From the NCBI GenBank assembly GCA_963848135.1, contig CAWKCK010000017.1, forward strand, positions 1,024,538 to 1,088,537: a stretch of 64,000 nt of DNA. The letters are read 5' to 3'. Made by a program: the position numbers and the translations under genes. Positions 42,469 to 52,233 of the stretch are shown here, in pieces; position 1 is the stretch's first letter, and the number at the start of each line of letters is the position of its first letter. The stretch comes from an uncultured delta proteobacterium. GTDB taxonomy: Bacteria > Desulfobacterota > Desulfobacteria > Desulfobacterales > SG8-13. The notes under the pieces are model-generated. The model was not told the DNA's origin. It ran no database searches and saw only the letters and a list, made by a program, of their open reading frames with translations.

Positions 42469-43617
42469 TCATGTATCAAGCCGTTCACCTTTTTGAAGCA
42501 AAAAATCAGAGAAACTCTCTCTTTTTGGAATTTCGAAATGAACGTCTTCAAAATTCTCCGGTATGGGGAATCGGCCAAAGGTATGACACGCCGCCACAGC
42601 CGCATGTACATGTTCCGATGGGGTATCCGCTGGAATTTGGTTGAGATGAATCATACAGCGACCGTTTCTCGCTAACTTGTCGATATAGAGCTTGATACGT
42701 GCCACGATCGCCTCAACCGGGCCACTTTTTAGAAGCGTCGCATCAACGCCTGCTGTTATAAAAGCGTTGTGCTTATCTGCATATGCCTTCACTCTCTCAG
42801 GTCCGACCGCATATAAATCCGGGTCAAGTACACTCAGTGAACCTGGACTACATTTAAGTTTTTGTCCAAAAAATCGTTCTATATCGCGACTTTTTGAATC
42901 ACCCCAATTCCCTCTTGTGATCACGTTGCCACCCAACGTGTTTCGCAGCTTCTCTGTATAGGCAACAACATATTCATCCATCATATCGAGAGTGATCATC
43001 GGTGGAGAGGCCCAGGCATCGCGTCCATCTATGATCAGGTTTTCATTACCGGCCTCACTCTTCATTACTTCAATAAAAGGTACAATTGTTTCTTCACAGA
43101 GAAATTTAAAGAGACGATGTACGAACCTGGGTCTCTCGAACATGTCGTTCACTAGATTTTCATATCCTCTTATGTTTGCGGCAATACTAAATGGTCCGGA
43201 AAAGTATACACGCTCAAGTATTCCTGTATGTTCCAGGTAATATTTATTGATCTGCCTGACCCACGGCATCCTGCCCGATTTATAGGGATCAGGAGGGGTG
43301 ATTCTTTCCAGATCCGATGGAGTATTTATAAGTGGTTGGGTACGATCCGTATCCGGAATACCTACGGTGGGGAAAACGACCTTCTGCCCCAGGGCCTCAG
43401 CCTCTATGTTATAAACGTCCCAGAAATTACTGGCAACATCGAGATGGTAGTATTCGGTAACGAGGAGCTGCACCCGTGCAAAAGTATGGGCGTCTGTAAA
43501 GAAACGCTTTGGCAAAACACCGGCTATATATGCTGAATGATCATTGCTTTGAGCGCCGATAGCTACGTGCGGTTCTTCAATGGTCGAGTTCATGGGTGTC
43601 TTGTCTGTGATTACCAT
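42469..43617 (-). CDS. UroD/MtaA-CmuA family TIM-barrel protein (divergent methyltransferase-like)
   Basis: YNIEAEALG, PDPYKSGRMP, GPFSIAANIRG, IPADTPSEHVHA; start uncertain (43593/43617/43632). Confidence 0.8.
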   Translation of the reverse strand: MVITDKTPMNSTIEEPHVAIGAQSNDHSAYIAGVLPKRFFTDAHTFARVQLLVTEYYHLDVASNFWDVYNIEAEALGQKVVFPTVGIPDTDRTQPLINTPSDLERITPPDPYKSGRMPWVRQINKYYLEHTGILERVYFSGPFSIAANIRGYENLVNDMFERPRFVHRLFKFLCEETIVPFIEVMKSEAGNENLIIDGRDAWASPPMITLDMMDEYVVAYTEKLRNTLGGNVITRGNWGDSKSRDIERFFGQKLKCSPGSLSVLDPDLYAVGPERVKAYADKHNAFITAGVDATLLKSGPVEAIVARIKLYIDKLARNGRCMIHLNQIPADTPSEHVHAAVAACHTFGRFPIPENFEDVHFEIPKRESFSDFLLQKGERLDT

Positions 43618-43649
43618 ATTAACAAATCCCATCCCTTTTTTAGATTCAT

Positions 43650-43795
43650 TCGAAGTTATCTCAAAATTCGGACTTTCGGTCGAGATCAAGGCGAGGCCGA
43701 GGGTCAACCCGCAGGCATACTCAAGTATGTCGAGGATTTGAGACAAGGGCTCAACGCCGATATCAGGCGAAAAGGCTTTCTTGAGATGCCTTCTA
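43650..43795. mobile_element. MITE-like element, family 1, uninterrupted copy
   Basis: GAAGTTATCTCAA ... TTGAGATGCCTTC; homologous to 27182-27394. Confidence 0.75.
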
Positions 43796-43799
43796 AACT

Positions 43800-43927
43800 G
43801 AAACCTAATTAGAGCGATTGTCGAGGTTGCCGTAGATTCAAGGAAGATGTCGTTCCGCTATAGTCGGCTATGCGGGACGGCATATGACGCCGTAGATGCG
43901 GCAAGATCGGCAATCCCGTAGGGTTTC
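43800..43927. mobile_element. MITE-like long imperfect palindrome adjacent to the family 1 copy
   Basis: GATTGTCGA..TTGCCG / CGGCAA..TCGGCAATC arms with inner ATGTCGTTCCGC / GCGGGACGGCAT stem. Confidence 0.55.
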
Positions 43928-44033
43928 AAATTTTAAAATCAAACGATGATAGAATTCCTTATAAATAAAGCAGTTCCCCCTCCATTTTAAATTTGAAACG
44001 CTCACTTTAGGTGAAAGTATCCTTAACAGCTGT

Positions 44034-44207
44034 TTAACCTTTTTTCAGGACAAACAACATATTGACAATCATAAGTGCCAGAAACAGTTTTACTTGAAAA
44101 CCCGCCCCAGTCGATGCTGCAAAATAAAGTAAAAAAGGTATCACAAGCATTAATACCAAGGACGTTATCTTCAACTTTGAACTGTGCTTTTTTATAAAAC
44201 TAACCAT
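44034..44207 (-). CDS. 57-aa two-TM small membrane protein (below ORF track cutoff)
   Basis: MVSFIKKHSSKLKITSLVLMLVIPFLLYFAASTGAGFQVKLFLALMIVNMLFVLKKG*; GAGG upstream; co-oriented downstream of lactate permease. Confidence 0.65.
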   Translation of the reverse strand: MVSFIKKHSSKLKITSLVLMLVIPFLLYFAASTGAGFQVKLFLALMIVNMLFVLKKG

Positions 44208-44236
44208 AAGTGTAATAAGCCTCTGTATAGAGTGAG

Positions 44237-44446
44237 CGGTTTCCCGCCCAGGCGGGATTCACGGTTCCCAGTTAAAGTGCCATAACTGATCTCTAACAAT
44301 CGTTTTACGAATAAATTGGGTTGAATTCTATGTTTCACCCAATGGGTGTAAGCGGCCAATCCAAAAAATGGCGTATAAAGTTCAAGAAATCAGAATGGTA
44401 TAACTTTAGAACCTTTGACCCTGAATCCCGCCTGGACAGGAAACCG
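44237..44446. repeat. Element bounded by 25-bp inverted repeats containing a REP-like palindrome
   Basis: CGGTTTCCCGCCCAGGCGGGATTCA (44237-44261) vs TGAATCCCGCCTGGACAGGAAACCG (44422-44446). Confidence 0.65.
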
Positions 44447-44447
44447 A

Positions 44448-46010
44448 TCAGTTTAGGCTCTGTACAATAAAAGATAGCAGCATCGAGATAACGCCTATGA
44501 TAAAGGTAATAAAAAGCCCGTAACGAAGAGTGGCCTTCAAAACAGGCCCTTCTTTTCCCGATAGCCCGACAGTAGAACACCCCACGAGTATTTTTGCCGG
44601 AGCAATCATACTCCCGAGGGCTCCGCCGGTAGTCTGAGCAGCAAGGATCAAAGCCACACTGAGCCCTGCAAGTTCTGCCGTGTTTTTCTGAAGGACCCCA
44701 AAAACGACATTGGAGTTGGTGTTGCTACCCGTCATGAATGCACCGAGTAGTCCTATCCATGGCGCAAACATCGGGTAAATTGATCCGAATATCTTGCTTA
44801 TCCCTTCAGCAAGAATGTATATCATCTGGCAGTGATCCATTATCATGGCAAAACAAACCATACTGACAATGCCAAGGCTTGTGGGCACGCCACTTGTTAC
44901 GGTTTTTTGCAATATTGTTTTGATCGCATGCGGTTTATAGTATCCCTTGGACTGGTATACAATAAAACCGAATATGGATGAATATAAAAGCAACGCACCG
45001 CCATGCCCAAAAATATTGATAGATTTACCCTCTCCGGCATCAATGACCCATCCCTTCAAAGATATTATTTCCGGGAATGTCAGCGTCATCTTAACCTGTC
45101 CCAGAAATCCACTAACAGACGGTATAATGACACCGGCAGAAACAATTACAATTAAAATAAAATATGAAGACAACGCCCACCACAGCCCCATTTCTGCTGG
45201 AATTTGTGAAGACGCTGTCTGATTGTATATTTTCAATTTCGCAACAGCCAGGCCACTGCATAGTCCTACAAGACTCGCTACGAATCCGCCAAGCATCCAC
45301 ATCCCGGAAACGGCCAGCACATATTGGGTGCCCGCCATGGCAGTTCCTATGATAAGTATTGCCATAAAACTATGTTTTACCATTTTCCAGCCACCATATA
45401 CTTGCACTGCAAATATACCGCAGAGATATGTGGTAATGCCAAGGAGTAGAGCTGACCATGGTGCAAGATATGAAGCATCAAGACCCGATACCGCCATTAG
45501 CGCTTGAAACGAGGCTCCCATTGAGCCAAATGTCACTGACCATGAATGTCCAATCGCTGGTACGGCTACGGCAACTACGGGAGAAAAACCAAGACCCACA
45601 AGAAGTGGTGCAACAACCGCTATGGGGACACCATAACCGGCAACACCCTGAAGAAAAGAAGAAAATATCCAACCAAAAATCAGAATTTGTATCGATTTAT
45701 CCCCGCTGAATCGCTGAATTCCGCTTCCTATCGCTCGAATCGCTCCCGTTTCATTCACAACATTAAACAATAGGAGAGCTGCCCAGATAATATATAGAAC
45801 ATTAAGAGATAGGAGGACGCCTTTCATTTGTGAATATGCAACAAGTTCAGGGTGAGCCCCGAAAACAAGCGTTGCAACGATTAAAGAAACTAACCAGCCG
45901 GCAGCTCCGGCGCGAGAACCGCTCCAGTTATAAAAAACCATTAAAACAAGTACGGTTAAAATCGGTGAAAACGCAAAAATCCATTTGAATATAAATAGGT
46001 CCGTCATCAT
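44448..46010 (-). CDS. lctP: L-lactate permease (LctP/LldP family)
   Basis: LQGVAGYGVPIAVVAP, FGSMG, GSNTNSN..FG, GSMIAP. Confidence 0.9.
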   Translation of the reverse strand: MMTDLFIFKWIFAFSPILTVLVLMVFYNWSGSRAGAAGWLVSLIVATLVFGAHPELVAYSQMKGVLLSLNVLYIIWAALLLFNVVNETGAIRAIGSGIQRFSGDKSIQILIFGWIFSSFLQGVAGYGVPIAVVAPLLVGLGFSPVVAVAVPAIGHSWSVTFGSMGASFQALMAVSGLDASYLAPWSALLLGITTYLCGIFAVQVYGGWKMVKHSFMAILIIGTAMAGTQYVLAVSGMWMLGGFVASLVGLCSGLAVAKLKIYNQTASSQIPAEMGLWWALSSYFILIVIVSAGVIIPSVSGFLGQVKMTLTFPEIISLKGWVIDAGEGKSINIFGHGGALLLYSSIFGFIVYQSKGYYKPHAIKTILQKTVTSGVPTSLGIVSMVCFAMIMDHCQMIYILAEGISKIFGSIYPMFAPWIGLLGAFMTGSNTNSNVVFGVLQKNTAELAGLSVALILAAQTTGGALGSMIAPAKILVGCSTVGLSGKEGPVLKATLRYGLFITFIIGVISMLLSFIVQSLN

Positions 46011-46241
46011 AAGTACCGTAATGTATTAGATCTAAAATACATACCACGATATACTGGTTGGCCCAAATTGGCGCAGATAATTTCCCAAGTCAAACATTTT
46101 ATACATGAAAGGAACCAGATATAAAAGGAAGGGTCATCATAAACTGTTTACCTTCCGACCTGCCTGACGCTTCTCAAAAACCACCTCTGATGTGATATTA
46201 ATTTTGATTAAATATAAGAGGCTTGACGAAATATCTATAGC

Positions 46242-46252
46242 TGGTACAACCA
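46242..46252. promoter_or_regulatory. Putative GntR/FadR-type (LldR-like) operator
   Basis: TGGTACAACCA (TGGT-N3-ACCA) between divergent lctP and corrinoid genes, 3' of a TTGACG -35-like box. Confidence 0.45.
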
Positions 46253-46439
46253 ATCCAACTTGTACATCGGTGTTTTAATACTCAGGGGATATTTCCCAGC
46301 TGACGGCTGTGTCTAAATCGATTTTAACCGTGCAGTAGATGCACCGTGGCAAGCCGCGAGGAGTTTCGTTCCGCACTTTATTGATTCAGTTGAAGATTAC
46401 CTCTTTTCATAGCGAAATACATTGCTGGAGGAAACCTAA

Positions 46440-47072
46440 ATGGCAGATTTTGATAGCATTGTTACTGCACTCGTCGCCGGAGACATGGCCGAAGTCATCC
46501 AACGGACCAGAGCGGAATTGGATAATGGCACTAAGGCCGGCGAGATCCTCACTCAAGGCCTGATTAAAGGGATGGATATCGTGGGTGAGAAAATGGAGAG
46601 CGGCGACTTGTTTATCCCCGAAGTGCTTCGGTGCGCCAAGATCATGCACGCCGGTTTGGAATTATTGAAACCATTGCTGTGCGAAGAGGAAGTGGAATCA
46701 GCCGGTAAAATCGTCATCGGAACGGTTAAGGGTGACTTGCATGACATTGGCAAGAACCTGGTTAAGATGATGATGGAAAGCGCGGGTTTTGAGGTCATCG
46801 ATCTGGGTGTAGATGTAGCGCCGGAGATTTTCATCAAAGCGATAACAGAAAATAAACCGGATATCATTGCTCTTTCCGCGCTTTTGACGACGACCATGCC
46901 GATGATGAAACAGACTATCGATACAATAACCGAACACGGTTTGCGTGACACTGTCAAAGTGCTTGTGGGTGGTGCACCCGTCACCCGCAAGTTTACGGAA
47001 GAGATCGGCGCGGACGGCTACGCGGCGGATGCCGGTTCCGTGAACAAACTTGCGAGAAGCCTGATACGGTGA
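46440..47072 (+). CDS. Corrinoid (B12-binding) protein of a methyltransferase system
   Basis: LFIPEV cap, GTVKGDLHDIGKNLV, SALLTTT, VGGAP. Confidence 0.94.
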   Translation: MADFDSIVTALVAGDMAEVIQRTRAELDNGTKAGEILTQGLIKGMDIVGEKMESGDLFIPEVLRCAKIMHAGLELLKPLLCEEEVESAGKIVIGTVKGDLHDIGKNLVKMMMESAGFEVIDLGVDVAPEIFIKAITENKPDIIALSALLTTTMPMMKQTIDTITEHGLRDTVKVLVGGAPVTRKFTEEIGADGYAADAGSVNKLARSLIR

Positions 47073-47091
47073 AACCTGCGGGGAGATCGAA

Positions 47092-47892
47092 ATGATCATA
47101 ATCGGAGAGTTGATAAACGCCAGCCGCAGGGCCGTAGGCGCGGCTATCGCGGCCGGTGATGGAGATGCTATCCAAAAAATTGCCAGAGATCAGGCCGAGG
47201 CTGGTGCGGATTATATCGACGTAAATGCGGCAATTTTTATAGACAGGGAACCGGAATACCTCCAATGGTTGGTTAAAACCGTTCAAGACGTCACCCGGAA
47301 ACCCTGCACAATTGACAGTCCTAACCCTGAAGCCATCCAGAAGGCCCTGTCGGTTCACAAAGGCCTCCCGATGATCAACTCCATTTCCCTTGAAAAGGAA
47401 AGGTACACCAATCTAATACCGATTATCGCCGGTACGGATATGAAGGTGATAGCCCTTTGCATGAGCGATGAGGGGATGCCGCAAACCGTGGATGACCGGC
47501 TGAAAATCGCAGACAAACTGATCAACGGATTGGTTCAGAACAATGTTCCAGCAGAAAACATATATGTGGATCCATTGGTCCAGCCCCTCTCGGTGAACGA
47601 CCGGTTTGGCCTTGAGTTCATCAATGCAATAGAGCAAATTATGAAAACGTTTGAGGGTGTTCACACGGCCTGCGGGCTTTCAAATGTTTCTTACGGTTTG
47701 CCTGAGCGAAAATTGCTAAACCAGACTTTTTTGATAATGGCCATTGCTAAGGGATTGGATGGTGCCATCATCAATCCGCTGGACAACAAGATGATGGCTA
47801 ACATCATTGCCGCCGAAGCTTTGATGGGTAGAGACGAATTTTGTACGAATTATCTTGCGGCTTACCGAGCTCAGACATTGGGGGCGATTTAG
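47092..47892 (+). CDS. Methyltetrahydrofolate:corrinoid methyltransferase (AcsE-like pterin-binding)
   Basis: IIGELIN, YIDVN, IDSP, INSI, DPLV, GLSNVSYGLP. Confidence 0.92.
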   Translation: MIIIGELINASRRAVGAAIAAGDGDAIQKIARDQAEAGADYIDVNAAIFIDREPEYLQWLVKTVQDVTRKPCTIDSPNPEAIQKALSVHKGLPMINSISLEKERYTNLIPIIAGTDMKVIALCMSDEGMPQTVDDRLKIADKLINGLVQNNVPAENIYVDPLVQPLSVNDRFGLEFINAIEQIMKTFEGVHTACGLSNVSYGLPERKLLNQTFLIMAIAKGLDGAIINPLDNKMMANIIAAEALMGRDEFCTNYLAAYRAQTLGAI

Positions 47893-48164
47893 TCCACTGT
47901 TGGTAAACACCACCGGAAATTCCGTCCAATTGGAATTTTAGCAATCTCAAGATAATTTATGATTGGGAGATGGTGTTTCGGAAGATGATCTTTATCCCGA
48001 GGGAAAATTGTCTGGACATACCATGCAGGGTCGCAGTTAATGCAGTTCAGGCTCGATTTCATAATACGAGAAACCCACCTTTTTTCAAACTGCATTTTGA
48101 CAGATACTTTTGGTTCCACGGAGTGTCAAATCTGCGATTTCGGCTTTCCGATTGATTTTAAAGC

Positions 48165-48640
48165 ATTGATCCATTTATCACCAAGAACCCCAAAACTCCC
48201 GACAAATTAAAGGATTTAGAAAAGATTGGCAATATTGACCTCATACTCGTAACCCACGGTCACTTCGATCATGTGGGGGATACCGCTCAGTTATCGGAAA
48301 AAAAGGGAACGAAAGTAGCCATGAACGCTGACATGGGGCATACATTTGCAGCTCTGGGTTGGGTGCCTTATGAAAGGCTCATCGGATTTAACAAAAGCGG
48401 CCCCATTATGCCAATAGGTGACGATATCAAAATCACTATGGTCCATGCTGAACACAGCTCTGAAGTGGTTCATACAGATCCTGTTTCAATAAAGAAGAGC
48501 GTTCATCCTCGCGACGAAGAGGATACATACGATGGAAATGGTTCTAATCTATCATTCTGCGACACCGGCGTATTTAAGACATGAGAATATAGTTAATTTT
48601 AAAAACTGATTTTAATGCGGCGCAATGGCGGTCATTACAA
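48165..48640 (+). pseudogene. Decayed MBL-fold metal-dependent hydrolase (UPF0173-like)
   Basis: IDPFITKNP...THGHFDH...HAEHSS, then frameshifted IYHS-DTGVF and GGHY; no start. Confidence 0.75.
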
Positions 48641-48720
48641 GACCCAAGAAGATTATTCAGTCCGTTCATTGAAATCTACTAACGTATTGAAACCATAAAA
48701 TATTTTTTATAGAATGATCA

Positions 48721-49392
48721 TTGATGACTGGTCGGTTAAACAATAAATCTCTTATAAAGGCTGTCGAGTACCTTGAGGTGAGAGATCGGTTATTGAAAGT
48801 CGTGGTTTCAAAATATGGACCACCGCCGTTGTGGAAGCGTGAAGAGGGCTTCAAAACATTAATCTACATCATTTTAGAGCAACAAGTATCTCTTGCATCA
48901 GCAAAGGCCGCTTATGAAAAACTGCTGAAAAAAATCAGATCGATTACACCTGCCCATTTTTTAAAACTTTCCGATGCGGAATTAAAGCTGATCGGGTTCA
49001 GCAAGCAAAAGACATCGTATGGCCGAAATTTAGCCAAAGCGATAATTACCGAACGTCTTAATTTATCGGAGCTATCCGATATCGAAGACGCTCAGGCAAA
49101 AGAGCAATTGATGAACATCAAGGGTATCGGTCCCTGGACAGCTGACATATACTTACTAACGGCACTGGGCCGGCCGGATATATGGCCGAATGGAGATATT
49201 GCATTGGCATCGGCCGTTCAGAAATTAAAGGGACTTGCATCTCGGCCATCATTCGAAGAACTCAATAGAATGAGCCTCAAGTGGAAACCATGGCGAGCTG
49301 TCGCGGCGAGAATTCTATGGCATTTTTATTTGAGTGCAGAATTAAACAGAAGTATGCTGAGCAAGATATTTCCTATTTCATCTATTTTGTAA
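48721..49392 (+). CDS. alkA: DNA-3-methyladenine glycosylase II (AlkA, HhH-GPD)
   Basis: ILEQQVSLASA, IKGIGPWTA, PDIWPNGD, WKPWR. Confidence 0.9.
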   Translation: MMTGRLNNKSLIKAVEYLEVRDRLLKVVVSKYGPPPLWKREEGFKTLIYIILEQQVSLASAKAAYEKLLKKIRSITPAHFLKLSDAELKLIGFSKQKTSYGRNLAKAIITERLNLSELSDIEDAQAKEQLMNIKGIGPWTADIYLLTALGRPDIWPNGDIALASAVQKLKGLASRPSFEELNRMSLKWKPWRAVAARILWHFYLSAELNRSMLSKIFPISSIL

Positions 49393-49509
49393 AAGTGGCC
49401 GGAAATTGGAAAATATTACGCCATTAATTCGAACACACGCGGCTGAGGCACGACTTGGATGAAAGGCCCGGTTTGGGTGCAACTGAATGAGAAATGCAGG
49501 GAGGGATTT

Positions 49510-50355
49510 ATGCCGAAAAGCCAGTGGCCGGTGATACCACCGGAACGCGGCGATGACTTGCACAACCTTGATATGGCAGCAAATGCCGACCTGGTGCTGT
49601 TTATGGCCGGCAATCAATTCATGGCCATGCCGGACATCGTGGCGGCCTTCCAGGCAGACCATCCGGAAGTCAAAAAAATATTTTACGAGACATTGCCGCC
49701 CGGACTAGAGCTTAATCAGATACTGGCCGGAGGGGCAATATTTAGAGGTGAGGAGTTGCGTGTGTTGCCCGATATTTATACGTCTGTCAGTCAAAACGCC
49801 ATGGATCGACTCGCAAAGGCCGGACGCATCAATGCGGGCCACTACCAACTTTATCTGCACAACCGGCTTTCCCTGATGGTTCCGGCTGGTAATCCTGCCG
49901 GCATTACCACCGTCGAAGACCTCGGGCGGAAAGACGTCCGTATTTCCCAACCCGATCCCGAAAATGAGCACATCGCTTTCCATATCATGGACATGTACCG
50001 CCAGATTGGAGGCAATCGACTGCTGAACCGTATCATGAAAGAGAAACGCGCCGAAGGGACAACCCTTATGACGGTGGTCCATCACCGCGAAACTCCGCTG
50101 CGGATCGTCGACCACTCAGTGGATGTCGGACCGGTGTGGGCCACCGAAATCAGCCATGCCCGGGTCATGGGACTACCCATAGATGCCGTCGAACCGGGAG
50201 AAAAATTCGATCAGCGCGAACGGATCAACTACTACGTCTGCCGTCTCAAGGCTGCGCGGAACCGTGAAAACGCCGAAAAGTTTCTGGCCTTCATCTCTTC
50301 TTCAAAGGCTCAAGCCATCTACGAAAGCCATGGATTTATCTCACCCCTGAAATAG
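49510..50355 (+). CDS. ModA-like (SBP_bac_11) substrate-binding domain protein
   Basis: LFMAGNQF, PAGNPAGI, VHHRETP, AQAIYESHGF; GGAGG RBS. Confidence 0.8.
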   Translation: MPKSQWPVIPPERGDDLHNLDMAANADLVLFMAGNQFMAMPDIVAAFQADHPEVKKIFYETLPPGLELNQILAGGAIFRGEELRVLPDIYTSVSQNAMDRLAKAGRINAGHYQLYLHNRLSLMVPAGNPAGITTVEDLGRKDVRISQPDPENEHIAFHIMDMYRQIGGNRLLNRIMKEKRAEGTTLMTVVHHRETPLRIVDHSVDVGPVWATEISHARVMGLPIDAVEPGEKFDQRERINYYVCRLKAARNRENAEKFLAFISSSKAQAIYESHGFISPLK

Positions 50356-50427
50356 TCTTCTACAGCGATTTTCAATCGCTCATTCCGAATGAATCCATGC
50401 TTTGTATCGATGATGGACAAAGAACAA

Positions 50428-50545
50428 ATTCTAGAATTTGGAATGCGGAATTTGGTTTAAAATGAATCTTGCATGTATTAGCAGAGGGAAAGAGCGAAGC
50501 GATACCGCCAATCTAAAATCCAAAATCTAAAGTCCAAAATTTACA
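50428..50545. repeat. Degenerate 7-bp tandem repeats in inverted arrangement
   Basis: GAATTTG GAATGCG GAATTTG ... AATCTAA AATCCAA AATCTAA AGTCCAA. Confidence 0.5.
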
Positions 50546-50615
50546 ATAACAGATAGATAATGGGACTTTATTCTTACAACCACTATAATCTCTAACCGAG
50601 CACTAACAAACAAAT

Positions 50616-51362
50616 ATGATTGATTTGCCGACGTATTACCCATGGAGCGGAAAGAAGAAAAAACCTCTCCGCCCGTTTAAATATCTGATACGCTTCACCC
50701 TCATTGTATTCGCCATTACATTTCTACTGGTTATCGTTCTGCGCTGGCTGCCGCCACCGACATCCGCCTTCATGCTGCAGGCGTATACCCTGGCGAAATG
50801 GAACGGTCGCAGCGACGTAAAGATCCATTACCAATGGGTGGACCGGCGCGGTATATCACCGAATGCGGCCCTGGGGGTTATTGCGGCTGAAGATCAAAAA
50901 TTTCCTCATCACTGGGGGTTTGATCGGGAATCGATCGTTGAGGCATTGGAAGAACGTCGCAAAGGCACCCGGATCCGCGGCGCCAGCACGATCACTCAGC
51001 AGGTAGCCAAAAATCTTTTTCTATGGCCGGGCAAGAGCTTTGTCCGCAAGGGAATCGAAGCGTATTTCACCGTGCTGATCGAAGCCCTGTGGTCCAAAAG
51101 CCGCATAGTGGAAGTCTACCTGAATATTGCCCAGTTCGGCCGTGGCATTTTCGGGATTTCTGAAGCCAGCCGGATCTTTTTCAACAAAGACCCCGCCCGC
51201 CTCTCTCGAAGAGAATGCGCCCTGCTGGCGGCTGCGCTGCCGAATCCCCTGCGTCTGCGGATAGACCGGCCGACCGTCTATATGCGGCAGAGAAGCGATT
51301 GGATTCTCAAAGAAATGCGCCGCATGGGCCCCATTGAACTGAGTGCTTCCTTCGGTCAATGA
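50616..51362 (+). CDS. mtgA: Monofunctional peptidoglycan transglycosylase
   Basis: AAEDQKF, RGASTITQQVAKNLF, RKGIE, YLNIA. Confidence 0.94.
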   Translation: MIDLPTYYPWSGKKKKPLRPFKYLIRFTLIVFAITFLLVIVLRWLPPPTSAFMLQAYTLAKWNGRSDVKIHYQWVDRRGISPNAALGVIAAEDQKFPHHWGFDRESIVEALEERRKGTRIRGASTITQQVAKNLFLWPGKSFVRKGIEAYFTVLIEALWSKSRIVEVYLNIAQFGRGIFGISEASRIFFNKDPARLSRRECALLAAALPNPLRLRIDRPTVYMRQRSDWILKEMRRMGPIELSASFGQ

Positions 51363-51482
51363 TCCTTAGTAGTTAACAATCTGAGGTTGGAATCGATAAG
51401 CATCTGGTTTAATTCATCTATCGAAAGTTCCAACCGGGTCAAACCTAAATTCTTTTTGCGTATTTTTTAGCAAAGGCGAAAA

Positions 51483-51956
51483 TTACTTTCCTTTCTGAAG
51501 GAAGTTTTCCGGCACCTGTACCGCCACGACCTCTCCGCGGGCACAGACCTGGCCGGCGGCGATCAACTGTGAGGCAACCACCACCTTGCGGCCCTTAAGC
51601 TCTTTGACCGTCGCCCGCACTTCGAGGATACCATCGATCGGCGTTGGCCGCAGATAGTCGACATGTAGGGAGGCGGTTACGTATCGCAACGGCGGCTCGG
51701 TATCCATTTCCCGCCCCTCGGCCCGGTAAGCAGCGGCAGATGCGGTTCCGGTGGAATGGCAATCAATCAGAGAAGCGATAAAACCACCGTAAACAACACC
51801 GGGAACAGCAGTGTAATGAGGTTGAGCTTCAAACCGGCAGACGGTTTCATCGCCGTCCCAGTAACTCTTGATCTGGTAACCGGCGTCGTTAAGGCGTCCA
51901 CATCCATAGCAATGGCTGAAATGTTCCGGGTAGTAATCCTGAATCGCTTTTTTCAT
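51483..51956 (-). CDS. PaaI/hotdog-fold thioesterase
   Basis: CYGCG, YGGFIASLIDCH, VTASLHVDYLRPTP. Confidence 0.88.
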   Translation of the reverse strand: MKKAIQDYYPEHFSHCYGCGRLNDAGYQIKSYWDGDETVCRFEAQPHYTAVPGVVYGGFIASLIDCHSTGTASAAAYRAEGREMDTEPPLRYVTASLHVDYLRPTPIDGILEVRATVKELKGRKVVVASQLIAAGQVCARGEVVAVQVPENFLQKGK

Positions 51957-52054
51957 TTCTGACTATCCCTTTCTCTTATATTTACTGCTGCCGACCTTAT
52001 CCGATGACTTCATCTCTGGCAAAGTCGGAGGAATGGCTTATGAACTGCTCTAAG

Positions 52055-52191
52055 AGGCTGTTGAAAAACTATTGTGCGTGACAATTCGGCGTTAAAATCC
52101 TCCTCAGGATGCTCATTTATCACACATAAACTCCGCTTTTTCGTCGGATTACGCCTTGTCTTGCCGGCGCTCATGACATTTTTTAACTCCT
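52055..52191. mobile_element. MITE-like element
   Basis: Imperfect TIR AGGCTGTTGAAAAA / TTTTTTAACTCCT with internal nested stems. Confidence 0.65.
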
Positions 52192-52233
52192 GGAACTGTC
52201 AAACTTTGGGCGTCTCCCCCGCAAATCTGGGGT

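Noticed and set aside
43618..43746. N-terminal extension of the 425-aa ORF
   Set aside because: Reads through the MITE sequence; not part of the protein family
46255..46439. Possible cobalamin, SAM or THF riboswitch before the corrinoid gene
   Set aside because: Conserved core motifs such as the B12 box were not found by eye; an Rfam scan would settle it
50428..50545. CRISPR-like or iteron array
   Set aside because: Degenerate 7-mers without spacers; a similar low-complexity tract occurs near 20830-20880
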